Part shown: in pieces, positions 13,515-27,596 of the stretch
Position numbering within the stretch: position 1 is the stretch's first letter
Layout: each line of letters begins with the position of its first letter
NCBI RefSeq assembly: GCF_964204645.1
Contig: NC_134033.1
Span: 1,942,131 to 2,006,130, forward strand
Source: Tubulanus polymorphus
Taxonomy: Eukaryota; Animalia; Nemertea
Length of the DNA stretch: 64,000 bases
Direction of reading: 5' to 3'
Translations under genes and position numbers: made by a program
The notes under the pieces: generated by a model
Databases searched by the model: none
What the model was told of the DNA's origin: nothing
The model's input: only the letters and a program-made list of their open reading frames with translations

Positions 13515-14140
13515 TAGATAGAAGAGGGAAAGAAGAGCAGGAGAGACTGAGGAAGAGAGAGCGAAGGAGTGAGATAGGTTTATAGTGGGCAGGGATTGAG
13601 ACCCAGGTAGGTGGGGCCAAGTCAAAGGGACGGAATCAAAGGGCTTTCAGTGAGACAGGGTTAAGAAGAGGGGAAGAATGGATGGATAGTAGACGAGAGG
13701 AGAGAGGGAGAAAGGAGTGACAGAGGAAAGAGAGAGGACGGGAAAAGAGGAGACAAAGGAGAGGGGGTATCCAGTAAACATGTGGCATTGACCATAAACC
13801 CCTGTCGTTGAAGACAAGAGAGGATGGAAAGTAGAGGAGGCGAGAGAGACTGAGAAAGAGAGAGGAAAGGAGGACTGAGATTTATCGTGGGCAGGGGTAG
13901 AGACCCGAGCAGGGGAGTGGAGGTCAGAGAGATAGAACCAAAGGGCTTTCAGTGAGACAGGGTAAAGAAGAGAGAAGTGTGGGAGGATAGTATAGTAGGG
14001 GAGTAGAGAGGAAGAGAGAGAAGAAAGGAGAAACAGAGGAGAGTAAATGGGGAATAGAGGAGATGAGAGAGGAAAGAGAGAGGACGGGAAAGACAGGAGA
14101 GACAGAGGAGAGAGGGATAGCCTCTAAACCCCGATCATTG
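13515..14140. repeat. GA-rich low-complexity region with a ~300-bp imperfect duplication
   Basis: aaagggctttcagtgagacaggg occurs at ~13638 and ~13940 with similar flanks. Confidence 0.7.
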
Positions 14141-14479
14141 AAGGCCTATCACGACTTCTGACAAATGCAAACATTTACCACAGTTCTTTGCACAGTTTCT
14201 GAATGGCCTCTTTTTCTGTTGATCCAACGAAAAAGTACGTCGAACTTTCCCATTGAGACGAATGATTAATTCAAAGGAACAGAGATTCTCTCTCTCCGGA
14301 GTCGGTGATGCATGAATAATATCAGTATAGAATCAGAGTGTGAAGAGAACGAGGTTGACAGTCGGAGCAGACGACGACCGATAGACAGACAGACGGACGG
14401 AATACGAAATCACGATTCGTCTGTAACTAATAAAATATAAAGAGACGAGAGATTGAGAGAGAAGTGCGTCATTATTCCT

Positions 14480-14870
14480 ACAACAGTGGAGGGCATAATT
14501 CCTACTTGAGCAACAGGGGAGGGCATAATTCCTACTTGAACAGGGGGGGGCAACAGGGGAGGGCATAATTCCTACTTGAACAGGGGGGGGGGCAACAGGG
14601 GAGGGCATAATTCCTACTTGAGCAACAGGGGAGGGCATAATTCCTACTTGAGCAACAGGGGAGGGCATAAATCCTACTTGAGCAACAGGGGAGGGCATAA
14701 TTCCTACTTGAACGAGGGGGGGCAACAGGGGAGGGCATAATTCCTACTTGAGCAACAGTCCTACTTGAATGAGGTAGGGCAACAGGGGAGGGCATTATTC
14801 CTACTTGAGCAACAGTCCTATTTGTACGAGGTAGGGCAACAGTGGAGGGCATTATTCCTACTTGAGAATA
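14480..14870. repeat. ~30-40-bp minisatellite (gcaacaggggagggcataattcctacttga)
   Basis: Direct tandem repeat, ~10 copies. Confidence 0.9.
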
Positions 14871-15384
14871 GGTAGAGACTAGAGGCATAGAGAAGGGTTA
14901 GATCTAATCCAGTCGAACTCAGGGAATGGAAGGCACAAGAGAAAAGAGGGGGATGAATTTGTGTTATAGTAGTTCTTCTGTGTCTATTACTGTTAACTGG
15001 GAAGGGGTCAGAAGTGTCTCTGCCATTGCTCTAGAAATGTGGGACAATATTAGGTAAAATCGACGGTCAACGCGATCTAGTCCGATCCCCGTTGCTCTAC
15101 ATGAAGTGGTCCGAGAACCGGGACAGGATCGGAGAGATTGCCTAACAAACAGTCGATTAAGACTGGTAGAGGCAGTGAGAGCATCGGGTAAGGGTACCAG
15201 AAAACATGCAGTAGGAATTGGAGTAATTAGTTCGATACAATTCCATCTTATACGCGGTACTCGATCTCGTCTTGAGAGAGAAACATCCTCGGCCGTCGAC
15301 GGTGTTTTTATCGTCCGGCGTTTGATTGATAACCGGGTCCAAGGTCAAGCATTGACAAAACATGGCCTGGATATCGGACATAAA

Positions 15385-15890
15385 GTCGAACACAGTACTG
15401 AACAAACCGAAACTCATTAGAATATTCATAGACCAACCAAACACAGTACAAAACCGAGGATCTGAAAACTTTAGAGACCGCAACTCATTAGAATATTCAA
15501 GGGCAAGTCAAACGCAACTCGGAACAGAGGATCTGGAAACCAGAGACCGCAGCTCATTAAAATATTCATGGAAAAGTCAAACACAGTACAGAAAATTAGA
15601 TCTGGATGGGCACGGTAGGGACTGAAACTCATTTGAATATTCATGAACTTGTCGAACGCAGTACAGAATCGAGGAACTGGAAACCACAACTCATTTGAAT
15701 ATTCATAAGACAAACACAGTTCAGAATTGAGGAACTGGAAACCACAACTCATTTGAATATTTATGAATAAGACAAACACAGTATAGAACCGAGGATCTGG
15801 AAACCACAACTCATTTGAATATTCACGAATAAGACATACACAGTACAGAACCGAGGATCTGGAAACCGAAACTCATTTGAATATTCATGA
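15385..15890. repeat. ~60-66-bp tandem repeat with an aactcatttgaatattcatga core, ~8 copies
   Basis: Direct reading. Confidence 0.85.
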
Positions 15891-18800
15891 GGCAGGGATA
15901 AATTACATGTTTACAAAGGATATGTGAAAAACACTTATGGAAAGAGTTTTCAGTTTGATGTAGGACTCTTCTGGGTGTTAATGAAGTAGAGCTACAGACT
16001 CTAATCGTGGATTGACTAATAAAACAATTGAAAAGACCAATCTTTGAGAATACACAAAAACACTGTTTGCAGTTTTAAGTTCCGGTTGGGCTAGGGTTAC
16101 CCGGACCCATGAATTTTATACCTCTAACTTATAACCACAACCACTGATAAATTTCGGGAAAGTATCGCATATCCGAATCCTTACTCTGCATTCGTGGACT
16201 CCTCGTGGTAAGCTACATGAACGTATGCAGACTAATCCTGGATCCTCACGAATTACGGACAATAATTCAGCGATAATTCTCAAATATGTTTTGTCAGCGC
16301 AAAAAATTTATCGCGCACAATTTCGAAAGTTCAAAACCAATTTTGTATATATCCAATTTTAGACTAGTCGCAAAACGAATTTTTTTCTCTCGAAAAAACC
16401 GAACTTGATCACGTTCGGATTTTGATATCGCTCCTAGATTATTTCGACGCTACTTCGGGGCTTCGTTATTCCACGCGGTATTTCCAAATCGATAGGTTTA
16501 CACAGCTCCGAGCTCCTAGCAGCGAGCCTAACCCTATAATAACCGCGTTACGCCGAGACACCTTGCTCAACGATCAAACCGTCATTAAGATTTTTTAAAC
16601 ACGCTATTTTCAATCGGATTAAAAGCGGAATTCTTCTTAATTCGCCACGAGACTCGATTGGAATTCCGCGCGAAAGCGACACAATGAATAACGATATCTA
16701 ATAGCGGATTAATTCCTCGCGAAAAGCTATCCGCAGTTAAATCTATCCACAGTCCACAGTTAAAACGCGTTTATCCACTGTTTAAGGTATCCGTGGCCTA
16801 AGCTATACAATCACAGCTATCTATCCACATAAGTCCGCTGATATACACAATCAAAGCTATCCACTACAAGCTATCCACAGTCATAGCTATCTATCCACTG
16901 AAAAAGCTGAAATACTGAATCGAACTATTTTCTCATGCCTGAATTTCGCGATCACAAATATCAGTCAAATATTCTCAAATTTCGGTAACTCTAAACTTCA
17001 GAAATCTATGATCACGTATTAAAGTACGCCGGTCAGATCGAATGACTGTTAATCCGTAATCGGGGTGGTCGGAGTACCACTACCACCAGCAGCACTATAC
17101 CCGCGTCATAGACCTCACACGCGGCCGATCAAAACTCAATCACAGTCGAGATTGATTTAATAGATTTCGAGATAATCACTGAGGTTCCTACGACAATCAC
17201 TATCAATGGATTTAACTGCCCAGTCCAGCAGATGGATTGTACTGCTCGGTCCAGCAGGCGGATTTAAGAGCATTCAATCCAGCAGGCAGACTTCAGAGCT
17301 CAGTCCCGCAGACGGATTTTAGCGCCGAGTCGCTCCGGCAGACAGGTTTGAGTTCACAATCGGAAAACTGGTTTCCTTTCACAGTCCGGCAGACGGCTTT
17401 TAGTGTACAGTCCAACAGACGGGTTTGCGTAGTACTCCCGAGTCCGTCTGCTCTGAGCGTCTGCTGCTGCACGACGCTGACACACACGACTGTAATACAC
17501 ACCTGATTGATTCACATCTCGCGTTACAGACTCACGCCTATAAATATCCGATATTCACGATATTCCGAGCTCGATTCGGAGACGAAAAAAATCAACGCCG
17601 GTATATCAGACAGAATATCGCGCTAAAACCACTAATTTCCTTCAATATTTGATACCAATTCAACGGATCCGTCTGCTAAAACCGTCGGAAACTCGCCCGA
17701 CTGACAAGTTCGCTAATAATCCGAAAATAGAGTACGCTCGGCGAGTAGATGCGCATCACTCGCGAGATCTTTTTCGGATAAGCGGTCAGCGGTCAAGTGA
17801 CGATTTTAAAAAATTCCCCGAGTCTGAGCCACGAAATAGTATCTAATGTCCATCTATGTATGTTTTCTTACCGAAACAATCGAACATCGCGCTAAATTTC
17901 GCTACTTTCACCGTGACCTCACGCGAGGCCTCACATAGGTTTCTTCATTGAATGGCCTCGCACTAAAAACGAGATCCGAATATATCTTATCACGATATCT
18001 TCAATCTGAATAACTCAATTCAGAACAAGCAATATCCTCACTTTACGTGTCAACCTAGTTCACCAAGAACCTCACTTCAATAAAGTCCTGTCCTCACTTA
18101 GCAGACGATGACCTCAGTTCTCATCTTTTAAACCACTGAAAATTAACAACCGTTTTGAAACCGTGTTAAAAGAGACCTCGTTAAAAGAGATCTTATAATA
18201 CCTCGTTATCCCAGAGGTTTAAAGGCAAATAGTTCTAAAGCCGAAATCACTTTACAATAGTCCGACCGCTTATAACGCTCCCTGTTTTGATGACAACTGA
18301 CCTCACTTAACAAGAGTCCAAAATAGCTAGACGTCCTTTAGAAAAGTGAACTGATTTAACAAGAATCACAGATGGACGATGAACGGCCTCACTTTACGAG
18401 AGTCCAACTGGCTAGCACTCCTAACATTGACGAAGAATGACCTCACTGGACGAGAGTTCAAAAGAGCTAGTACTCCTCAATATGAAGACTAAAGACCTCG
18501 CTTTGCGAGAGGCTAAGGCCGGTATACACCGTCGAGGTATCGACAGAGGAATCCGACTATCGCGTATAAAACTATCAACAATCTATCCACATATATCGAA
18601 GACACGACGAGCCGGTACTGTCAATGACGACTGCAACAGCAGCAGCAGCAGCAGCTGCTCGAAACGATGATTCTCCGATGATTCAACGGACCTACGTGAA
18701 CGCGGGGATACGAGTAATGAGAGTCTGGACGCTGCAACGACCGACACCGGTTACATCGCGCTAACCGTCAGATTCCAACACATCGGTAACCAGAAAATCC

Positions 18801-19514
18801 AATCAATTAAAACAACCCTACCACGGCACATTTCCGATCATCTTTACAGTCCGTTCCGCTCCGGTTTCACTTTTCTTTACTTTTTCGCTGAACATTCTAA
18901 TAATCGATGTACGCTACGATCAAGATTCTAGCTGTAATTTTGAGAAAATTAATTATCCGAAATCCATTTGAACGCAATTTTGAGGTATATTTTAACGTCA
19001 GCAACTATCCAGCAAACAAATTTTACCGATTTTTATGAAATTCAATTATTCAAACGATCCCCACAGGTTGGGTTTCGACGAAAAATTTTTCTTTTCTAGC
19101 GCGTTTGACAAATTATACAGATTCCAACATATACAGCGGGACTCAGAATACAACCCTGCAGCACAGCGCGACTCACAAGAGAAGCCTGCAGTACACCGCG
19201 ACTCATAAACAGCGCGACTCAAGACTGGATCCTCAGCAGACTTTCGCTGGTGTGTGATTACAGATGAAATACTGCTCAACTGATGCTGAGAAATGCTGCT
19301 GCTGCAGCTGCAGTGGTTTACAGCGGCGAGAGCCAGTAGCAGCCGCAGAGAACTGTCACGATTCATTCTGATGTGGCTGTGAAAAACGCATTCGCATCAA
19401 ACATGGAAATGATGTTTCCAGAGCCCATGGGGGAGAGGAGAGGAGAGAGGGGAGAGGAGAAAGGAGAGAGAGGAGAGGAGGGAGGGGAATCAGAAACCGT
19501 AGAAATGAGTACAG

Positions 19515-20145
19515 TTACTATGGAACTGGATCCAGTACTGCAACTGGGTTCAGTAACTGTGGAACTGGGGTCAGTAACTGTGGAATTGCATCTAGCACTG
19601 TGGAACTGGGTCCAGAACTGTGGAACTGGGGTCAGTAACTGTGGAATTGCATCTAGCACTGTGGAACTGGGTCCAGAACTGTGGAACTGGGGTCAGTAAC
19701 TGTGGAACTGGGTCCAGAACTGTGGAACTGGGGTCAGTAACTGTGGAATTAGATCTAGAACGGTGGAACTGGATCCTGAACTATGGAACTGGATCCAGTA
19801 ACTGTGGAACTTGATCCAGTAACTGTGGAACTGGATCCTGAACTGTGGAACACGGCCATTTACTGTGGATCTTGATCCAATAACTGCAGAGTTGGATCCA
19901 TTTACTGTGTTACAGTAACTGTGTAACTGGATCAAGAACAATGTAACTGGATCCAGAAGAATGGAGCTGGATCCAGAACTGTGGAGCTGGATCCAGAACT
20001 GTGGAGCTGGATCCAGAACTGTGGAGCTGGATCCAGAACTGTGGAACTGGATCCAGAACTGTGGAGCTGGATCCAGAACTGTGGAGCTGGATCCAGAACT
20101 ATGGAACTGGATCCAGAACTGTGGAACTGGATCCAGAACTGTGTA
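19515..20145. repeat. 20-bp satellite (aactgtggaactggatccag) matching the MITE B right TIR plus CAG
   Basis: The unit equals the terminus of the elements at 49175-49282 and 52843-52950. A second array lies at 41640-41950. Confidence 0.9.
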
Positions 20146-20939
20146 ACAATGTTCAGACTATATATCATTAAACACTTATTCAAGTAACGTTATAAAGTGT
20201 TTATATATATTGACAGTTCTAAGTGATATTGTTAGTTGAGTCGTCGTCGATGTTACATGTGAAACGCTTTGCGACGGAAATCTCCACATTTCCCGCGTCG
20301 CGCTCCGACGTTAGTTTTCATTTCCGGGCGAAACGTTCGCCACAAATCTCGAAATCAATAACAACACGATCGCTACAAATACATTAAACGTGGAACTATC
20401 CGTCCGTCCTTCCTTCCTTCCTTCCGTCTGCAGCCTGAGTCTATATACTGATACAGTCTCATATTCCTAATCAAGGAGAGTCTGAGAACAACCACAGATA
20501 GACACACAAACCATTAGTCTGAGTAACCAATTAGACACTTCACGCTTAGATTTAACCCCAGTCTAAACTCATTTTAGTTCTATAACCAATCTAACAACTT
20601 GAGGCCAGTTTGAGCTCATTTTGGTTCTATAGCCAATCTAACAACTTGAGGCTAGTCTAAACTCATTTTGGTTCTACAGAAGGATTGAATCATTCTCAAG
20701 ATGTCTGTCTGTCTGTCTGCTGCCCCCGCGACTAATTCTATCACCACAACAACGATGAGATGATGACTGTGCCAGACGGATTCAGCACATAGGGGTCAAG
20801 GTCGGCCATTAATAAGATCTCAACATATCGAGAAAAGAGAGGGGAGAGGAGAGAGGAGGGAGAGGAGAGAGAGAGAGGGGAGAGGGGAGAGGGGAGAGGG
20901 GAGGAGAGGGGAGAGAGGGGAGAATGTAGCTTAACCCAG

Positions 20940-21222
20940 CTGCTGGATCCTCAATTGCCACAGTAACATTGTCAGTACACTCAGACTGACTTCACACTAG
21001 CACCACCTAGTGGATCCTCAATTGCCGCAGTAGCATTGTCAGCTCATTCAAAGACGGACTTCTCACTAGCGCCACCTAGTAGATCATCGATTGCCGCAGT
21101 AACATTGTCAGCACATTCAGACGGACTTCATACTAGCGCCACCTAGTGGATCCTCAATTGCCACAGTAGCATTGTCAGCACATTCAAAGATAGACTTCAC
21201 GCTAGCGCCACCTAGTGGATCC
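20940..21222 (-). promoter_or_regulatory. ~67-bp tandem repeat, each unit carrying a near-consensus CTCF motif (CCACTAGGTGGCGCTAG)
   Basis: ctagcgccacctagtgg or a close variant at ~20997, 21067, 21133 and 21202. The repeat is certain; CTCF binding is inferred. Confidence 0.55.
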
Positions 21223-22585
21223 AAAATCACTTAAATAGCAACAGTGCATGCCTCAATGAAAATATTTCAGTGTTTTTTTTCCGAAAGATGCCATTAGGCA
21301 GAACCCGAACCCGAGATAGAATTAGAGATAAAAGCCGAAACAAAGTCGAAAACAACGAATACTAGCAATCTCCGAAACGTTTGATCACAGGAAACGTTTA
21401 ATTCGAAACCAGTGTTTGACAAGCCTCGAGAGAAACGGGCGAAAACAGACAAATTCAATCAACGCGAACCGAGAATAGAGAAAATAGTGAAAACTTCAAT
21501 CGTGAGAACTGAACAGCAGTGACGCCGACAACGAGGACGAGGACTGGCTTTAAACATCTTACCGATTAGTAGCGGCTTACATTTCTTAAATATCGACTTT
21601 CGATTTGAAATCGAAAATGAACTGAATATTTCCCAGATATTTGTGGAGAAAATGGCCTTAAAGTCGGTAAACCGGCAGGAAACGCAAAGAAAAAACATCT
21701 ATTTGCGGTATGAAATAAATCGCAGGGATCTGGATGAATCCCGATGAAATTTGCCAAGCTTGACAACGACTAATGCCTTCAGAGCTCACGGGGAAATGGC
21801 ATGAAGCAGGGGGAAATAAATATAGTACGATAACCGAGAAACTACTAGCGACACCTGGCGGGACCTCGCATGCCACAGCAGCGCAATATCCCGTGCTGTT
21901 TAATAACGATCTTAATTAATTAATAAACGACTGCGGTTAATTGGACGTTTGAACATTTAACGAGATAGATCGGTCACCCGGTGGTCACTCGGTGGTCAAG
22001 CTGCGGTCATCTAACGATTGTTACACACGCTATCGCCTGAAGGTCAATTGTTGACCGCTGTATTTAGAGATGACCGTAAACAATTCAATTCAAGCTTTTA
22101 CCGGTCACTTAGCGGATCAATAACCTATCGATATCATGATATCTCAATATCGTCCTCTAATCCAAATCCTCGCGACTTGAAAAACTTCAGATCATTTTAT
22201 TCGAAGAAAATACTTTTCAACCTTTTCAAGTCTCAAAACAACTTGAGGCTGTCTTCCATCCCGTCCAATTATCAGCACTATCTATGAGACAACAATTTAA
22301 GTATCCAAAGCATAGAGGGTTAACCATTTTACAAAAATGCTGCTCGCCTTATTACAAAGACTAAATAGTGTGAACATATAAGCCGCGATCGCACGAGCAT
22401 TTTTGGCCCGGGCCATTTTTTAATTTAAGGTACTCTAAGGTGTATTCTGAGGGCTTTCTGGCTATCTTTCTTTTCGGACGTTTTCCATCATGAATACGGC
22501 AGAATCTAAATAATGTTATATAATCTGAAAATTTGATTTAATGATCATCACCTCATAGCAATGTACCCCCTAAATACGGCCCTGG

Positions 22586-22699
22586 AACTAGGTCACAGCC
22601 GGTAAACTAGGTCACAGTCGGTGAACTAGGTCACAGCCGTTAAACTAGGTCACAGCGGGTAAACTAGGTCACAGCCGGCGAACTAGGTCACAGCCGGTG
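22586..22699 (+). repeat. 19-bp minisatellite x6 (aactaggtcacagccggtr)
   Basis: Direct tandem repeat; each unit contains AACTAGGTCA. Confidence 0.9.
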
Positions 22700-23219
22700 A
22701 ATCGCTGATATTCCCAACCGAATCACGTTTTCAGCAGTTTTTGTTGTCGATTACCAAACGATGAATTGTTTTGTCCTTGGCTCGGTTAACGGCGCTGATA
22801 ACGAGGACGATGATGATGGTTACGGATGCTGCAACTGCGAGGGATGCTGTGTTACGGTATCGCGGTATTTTTTCCCGATAACCATGGACGGAATAATGAT
22901 ATCTGAAAATCATAATTAACCTGTCATCGATAGCCGGGGGCGGGGGGAATGGGAGGAAGGGGGTCAGATGTTTTCAATAGTTCGCAGTCATTCAAGCTTT
23001 ACGCATAGATAACAACATGAAGCTGAATTTCACACAGAATCCACAAATCTCAATTATTAAGAGTTCGGTTCTTGTCCGAGATAAATTTTCTCGGTTCTCG
23101 ATTAGATTTTTCTAGGGTTAGAATAATTGAAATAATCTAATAATTAACGCAGTCATATTTAACCCGAGATCACATCCAGTCACATAGAACTGATTTATAG
23201 TCAATTCCAATGTATTTCT

Positions 23220-23712
23220 TCAACTCACAACTGTGGAACTGGATCCTGAGTTCAGAGTAAACTCTAACTCACAGATATGGAACTGGATGCTCTGAGTTCA
23301 GAGTTGGATAACTTAGATTTGTTGCACCGGTAGCTCAGGATCCAGTTCCATAGTTGTAAGTAAGAGTTACCCCCGAGCTCAGTATCCAGTTCCTCAGATA
23401 AGAGTTAGAGTTTGAACTCAGGATCCAGTTCTACAGTTGTGGAACTAGAGTTAACTCTGAACTCAGGATCCAGTTCCACAGTTGTAAGTTGGAGTTAACT
23501 CTGAACTCAGGATCCAGTTCCACAGTTGTCAGTTAGATTTAACTATGATCTCTGGAACCAGTTCCACAGTTGTCAGTTAGATTTAACTATGAACTCAGGA
23601 TCCAGTTCCACAGTTGTCAGTTAGATTTAACTATGATCTCTGGAACCAGTTCCACAGTTGTCAGTTAGATTTAACTATGAACTCAGGCTGCAGTTCCACA
23701 GTTGTGAGTTAC
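23220..23712. repeat. ~44-bp tandem array of the MITE B end, with an orientation flip near 23330
   Basis: ctcaggatccagttccacagttgt..gagttaactctgaa units; the first two units are inverted. Confidence 0.85.
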
Positions 23713-25432
23713 AGTCAACAGTAGCTGAGAAACTCAGTCCATCATTTTGACCACAATTTTCTGATAAGGCACGTAACCGGATTTCTAAACTCCCGGCGCG
23801 CAGAAAGAAATCATTGCCCCCCCCCCCAGAAAAAAAGATCTTCGCGGTTGTCGCGCGGAAAGCGAAAAAGAATTCATGAATAAAGAACGACCGCTTGACT
23901 CAACGTCTTCAAACGTGACCAGAATCAAATAGAATCTTATACAAATAATCGGATAAACACAACATTCAGGTCAATCACTGTCCTCGATATCGGACAAACC
24001 GTCTGCTGCTGAACCAGCAGACGCATCAACTAAACAAGCAGGATTTCTTCGATATAAGAAAATCTTGCACCAAGAATGACAAAATAGAGCCTGAAATGAT
24101 TCCTTGATTTATTATGTGGTTTATTCAATGCATTGATTGTATCCAGGGTTCTTATAGAACAAGGGGATCCCAAATCATATTTAGTTAAGTGACCCCTGAC
24201 CGAAAATTATCTAAGAACATAACAAGATATCCTCAGTGAGGGCCATTTTTTATCAAGAGGTTCCTTGAGACACTCACCACCAGCAACAACAAGACACCAA
24301 AAATTCAAATTTCCTGATTCTGCTATAACAAAATAATGATCAAGCCAATGATAAAAGACACTGCAGTTATAGAAATGAACTGATTACAAATTTTACCGCA
24401 GTTACCCAGCTGATTAGGAGAAACAAGGTATCATTTTATTTTAGCCTTAGTGTGGAATTTCAAATCATCTTTATACTTTTTCTATTTTTCTAGCAGACTC
24501 AAATTTCTTGAAATTTTCGTCGTAAAAATAGCGCGACCTTTTCACGATATAATACAAGTTGCGCGAATTGAAAAATTGTCGTCCATCCCCGCAGCTTCCC
24601 GTCCTGCGATCCTGCTACAAGCAACACCTTCCGATTCATCAAATTAGATCTCGCGTTGCGTCAACCGGTAACGCACTGGCAGACGGGCGATGAAATAACG
24701 AATCCATGATTACCGGTTGATATTATTAATCACTTCCTCCGCGTAAAACCCTTACTAGAGAAAAAAACCGAACTAGACATTCTTCCGCCAGACTCTTTCC
24801 GCCATTTTCAGTGAATTATTTCCATTTTTCTGTCGATGTAACATACGGGAACCTAATTCGCGAGCAGACGACAGAAGCAGACGACTGAATATTTATAAGG
24901 GATCAATTTTCGATCGATTTAATGCCGAAATCATGTCCCTAGAAATCTCTCCCCCTCTCCCCCTCCCCCTCGCGCTCCCTCATCCGATATTGTCTTATGT
25001 AACAATCCTCACCGCGGATAATGACGACCAAAACTCGCAGCATAAATCGATGTTTGCTTTAAGCGGTCTCACGTCGGACTTAAACGCTGATTACCTCTGA
25101 TCAGGATTACCGCTGATCAGGATTACCTCTGATCAGGATTACCGCTGATCAGAGAGGATTTTCTTCAGACTGAAGAAAGCAAGTCAAATTGAGCTCAGGT
25201 CATTTTGGTTTTTAAACCCAATGTAACAACTTAAAATCAGTCTAAATTCATGTTGGTTCTATAGCCTATCTAACAACTTAAGACCAGTCTAAGCTCATCT
25301 TAGTTCTGTAACAATTCCAATTTTACTGGGGTCAAATGAACAGATAAGGGTTAGATATAAGTCAAGTCTAACAGCATTTTCTTTCCAAAATAACAAACTG
25401 AGGTCAATCTAAGCACCTGTAATCAGAGAATG

Positions 25433-25660
25433 TGAGCTGTTAGTGAATAGAGTCACCTCACAGCTGACTGGTCACTATATAGCTGACTGACCGGACAAAC
25501 CTACAAACCAGAGTTATGTGGTCTAGTGGTACGACACAGAGTTTGCAAACTGGAGACCCAGGTTCAAATCCTGATATGGGCTAGGTTAAGGGTTAAAGGA
25601 TGTCCATGACCTGCGAGGAGAACGAAGGGTAATTTTGAAAGGAAAAATGTTTTTTAAGAA
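25433..25660 (+). mobile_element. tRNA-derived dispersed repeat, copy 2
   Basis: TGGTCTAGTGG ... GGTTCAAATCC with the shared upstream block. Confidence 0.6.
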
Positions 25661-27235
25661 TTTTTTTTTTTGAATTTTCCACACCACCCTTCCCAAATTC
25701 CTGGCTACCAGCTTCACCATATATATCTAAGACCAGCCACAACTTAAGACCAGTCTAAGCTCATTCCAGTCCAGTCGGTGCTGACTCCCTATACAATCTG
25801 AATAGAAACAGATTCAAATATGAAACTGCACACATCGACCAGGCTTAGGCTTTTCATGGGTTCTAATAACTAAACTATCGGGCCAAACATGTCGTTAAAC
25901 CAGCCACACACAGATTCATAGTCGGTTTATTGTCGTTTATGGCTTATACTTACAGACAGACTGCGGTGTCAATGGGTACACTTTCTACAGGAGACGGGAG
26001 TCGTATAGGTAAAACCTACAGAACATTGTCACTAATATTCATATCATTGCAGTTTTACGGTTCATACCTGATGTCAAACTTCAACAGGAAGTAAACAAAA
26101 CAAATCGAAATCACTGCATGTTTTTACTGAGATTTGGGTTCCTTAAGTTATACCCAACGGACAATAACAGAAAACCGGACTCTAAGGAGTCATTGTTTTG
26201 AGTACGGAGTCAGATCTAACTGATAACTACAGAACCAGACTCTAGGAGTCATTGTTTTGACTCTGAAGAGTGAAATCTAACAGATAACTATGGAACTCTA
26301 TGAGTCAATGTTTTAACTCAAAGAACTACTGGACAATAGGAAGCAATGTTTTGACTCAAAGAACTACTGGACTCTAGGGACTATGAAGTCGAATTCAACT
26401 GATAACTATGGAACCAGACTCTGGGAGACAAATCAACCAGTTATTAGGAATTATTCGCAGCCGTGTTTTGTGTCACCGATGTCGAGTGATGTTTGAACCG
26501 ATTGACCCCCGCAGCAGACGGACACCTCGACGACACAATTCCAACACCGACGGGAACGCGGGAGTCCTGCAGCGATCGCACTCGGCAACCAGACACAAGC
26601 TGGAAATTAATGGAAATATGACAAAACCAACTCATTCTCTCTCCCAGCACCATCGCCATCATCATCATGTTGCCTGGTTTTATGAATTATTGAATAAACT
26701 CTATGTATGTCCGAGTGGCATGATATCCCCACATACCCCCACCGACCGACTGACTGACTGATGACTTAACTCCTGTTATACCAGTGAACACCTCTTTTAT
26801 AACAACAACATTAATAATAGTAATAATAATAATAATATTTTCAACATGATTTCGTTAAATACGCTTTCAACTAAGCACGTTTGGTTCAAATTGACGAATC
26901 GGTGACGCTTATAAATGTTTTGCTGCTCTGCTAAAACGGTCCACGTCCCTTGCACCCATCGACGCTTCTTAGATAAAGCTACTATACACTAGTATACACT
27001 AGTAGTGAAAGTTTGTGCATCAAATAAATAGTAAACCTGTAAAAGTACAATTAGTCTAGTTGTATTTAATATTTGGCATTAATTCGGAAAAGTATCACCA
27101 GGGGGACTATGATAAGAATCACTATATTGTTATTGTTCTCAGACCTTCCATCGCCAAATATATTTGAATAATTCTTAAGAGCCGATAAGACTTATCTTCA
27201 TTTTAGCAATCATAGTGCGAGCATATAAACCAATT

Positions 27236-27525
27236 GGGCAGAAAGCCCTTTATCGCTGCTTTGTGGCTATATTTAATATGAGTTTTTCAGCTTTCCACTG
27301 TCTCTAAAAACGCAGAGATTGGATGCAAAAAACCTGTTATCGCTGCTTTGTGGCTATGTTGAAAGTATCTATTTACTTGTTGAAGTATGATTCATGACTG
27401 GAGGGACAGAAAACCTGATATCGCTGCTTTGCAGCTATGTTGAATATATTTATTTGTATGGTGGTGTATTATTCATTGCTGGTCGAAGAGAAAACCTGTT
27501 ACTGCTGCTTAGCGCCTATATTTGT
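27236..27525. repeat. Short repeat cluster (gaaaacctgttatcgctgctttgcagctatatt) immediately 3' of GPCR copy 1
   Basis: About 4 units; equivalent clusters at 30430-30772 and 32920-33120 abut the 3' ends of copies 2 and 3. Confidence 0.8.
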
Positions 27526-27596
27526 TTATAATAATAATGTATGGGAAAGTTTATCGTAATTTCAGAAAATTTGTTTCTCATCAAATTTTCGAGAAA

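Noticed and set aside
17865-17890. Minus-strand ATGTTCGATTGTTTCG|gtaaga mini first exon
   Set aside because: Phase 1, incompatible with the phase-0 junction of the host gene; no other support.
19373-20187. Overlapping ORFs with WNWIQNCG/VELDPEL repeats
   Set aside because: Translations of the 20-bp satellite.
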